Assembly: GCA_963753115.1 (NCBI GenBank)
Contig: CAVWBB010000026.1
Location: forward strand, 439-64,438
DNA length: 64,000 nucleotides
Direction of reading: 5' to 3'
DNA from: an uncultured Acidimicrobiaceae bacterium
Lineage (GTDB): Bacteria; Actinomycetota; Acidimicrobiia; Acidimicrobiales; RAAP-2
Shown here: piece after piece, positions 63,901-64,000 of the stretch
How the letters are laid out: each line of letters opens with the position of its first letter
Position numbering within the stretch: position 1 is the stretch's first letter
Position numbers and translations under genes: made by a program
Notes under the pieces: generated by a model
What the model was told of the DNA's origin: nothing
Databases searched by the model: none
What the model saw: the letters and a program-made list of their open reading frames with translations, nothing else

Positions 63901-64000
63901 GACCACGGGGTCACCGAAATAGTCGCCGTCCTCTTCGTTTGCTTCCCCCGTGCTGATGCCGATCCGAACCGCCAGCGGTTCGGCGGCAGATCGGTTGTGG
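60929..64000 (-). pseudogene. large adenylate/guanylate-cyclase - AAA ATPase - TPR regulator gene, multiply frameshifted (5' end outside window)
   Basis: Cyclase C-terminus (YFGDPVVQAARLCAEASGGEILA), Walker A VTGEAGMGKT, DDFHWAD, ETDGNPFF and TPR-like helices are spread over at least 8 ORF fragments in all three frames. Stop at 60929. Confidence 0.7.

Overview
High-GC (about 70%) actinobacterial-type chromosomal window, densely coding on both strands. Most long ORFs in the six-frame track are shadow frames, and I call about 60 genes.

Left to right:
- An orphan cytochrome b module.
- Housekeeping and lipid genes: WS/DGAT, dut, orn, acyl-CoA ligase, 1-Cys peroxiredoxin, crotonase.
- A ~16 kb cell-envelope glycan locus (10.7-27.0 kb) with five glycosyltransferases, three methyltransferases and a Wzm/Wzt-type ABC exporter whose ATPase has a C-terminal extension. 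It also holds two secreted proteins sharing a ~39-aa repeat and an adjoining lone clpP.
- tRNA-Leu(UAG).
- A redox/hydrolase block: glycerate kinase, SDRs, two luciferase-like oxidoreductases, P450, nitroreductase, amidohydrolase.
- A MoxR-DUF58-transglutaminase triad, then rdgB-rph.
- An orphan GspE/PilB-type ATPase with an MshEN-like N-terminus, and a Doc-family toxin.
- mec-cysO-cysM, then smpB-ssrA.
- Directly 3' of the tmRNA gene, a decayed integrative element (iteron array, Rep and tyrosine-integrase pseudogenes), followed by a multiply frameshifted cyclase/ATPase/TPR regulator gene.

Sequence-level oddities:
- A sulfatase ORF is kept open by two compensating 1-nt frameshifts that put the CxPxR active-site motif out of frame.
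- A 17-bp tandem duplication disrupts a Lon-N-domain gene.
- One glycosyltransferase has a frameshifted 3' end.
- There are several short tandem-repeat arrays.

I saw no CRISPR array, rRNA or recognisable defence system. Nothing here is demonstrably a new system; the best candidates are flagged with explicit tests. All family assignments come from motif recognition by eye, not database searches.
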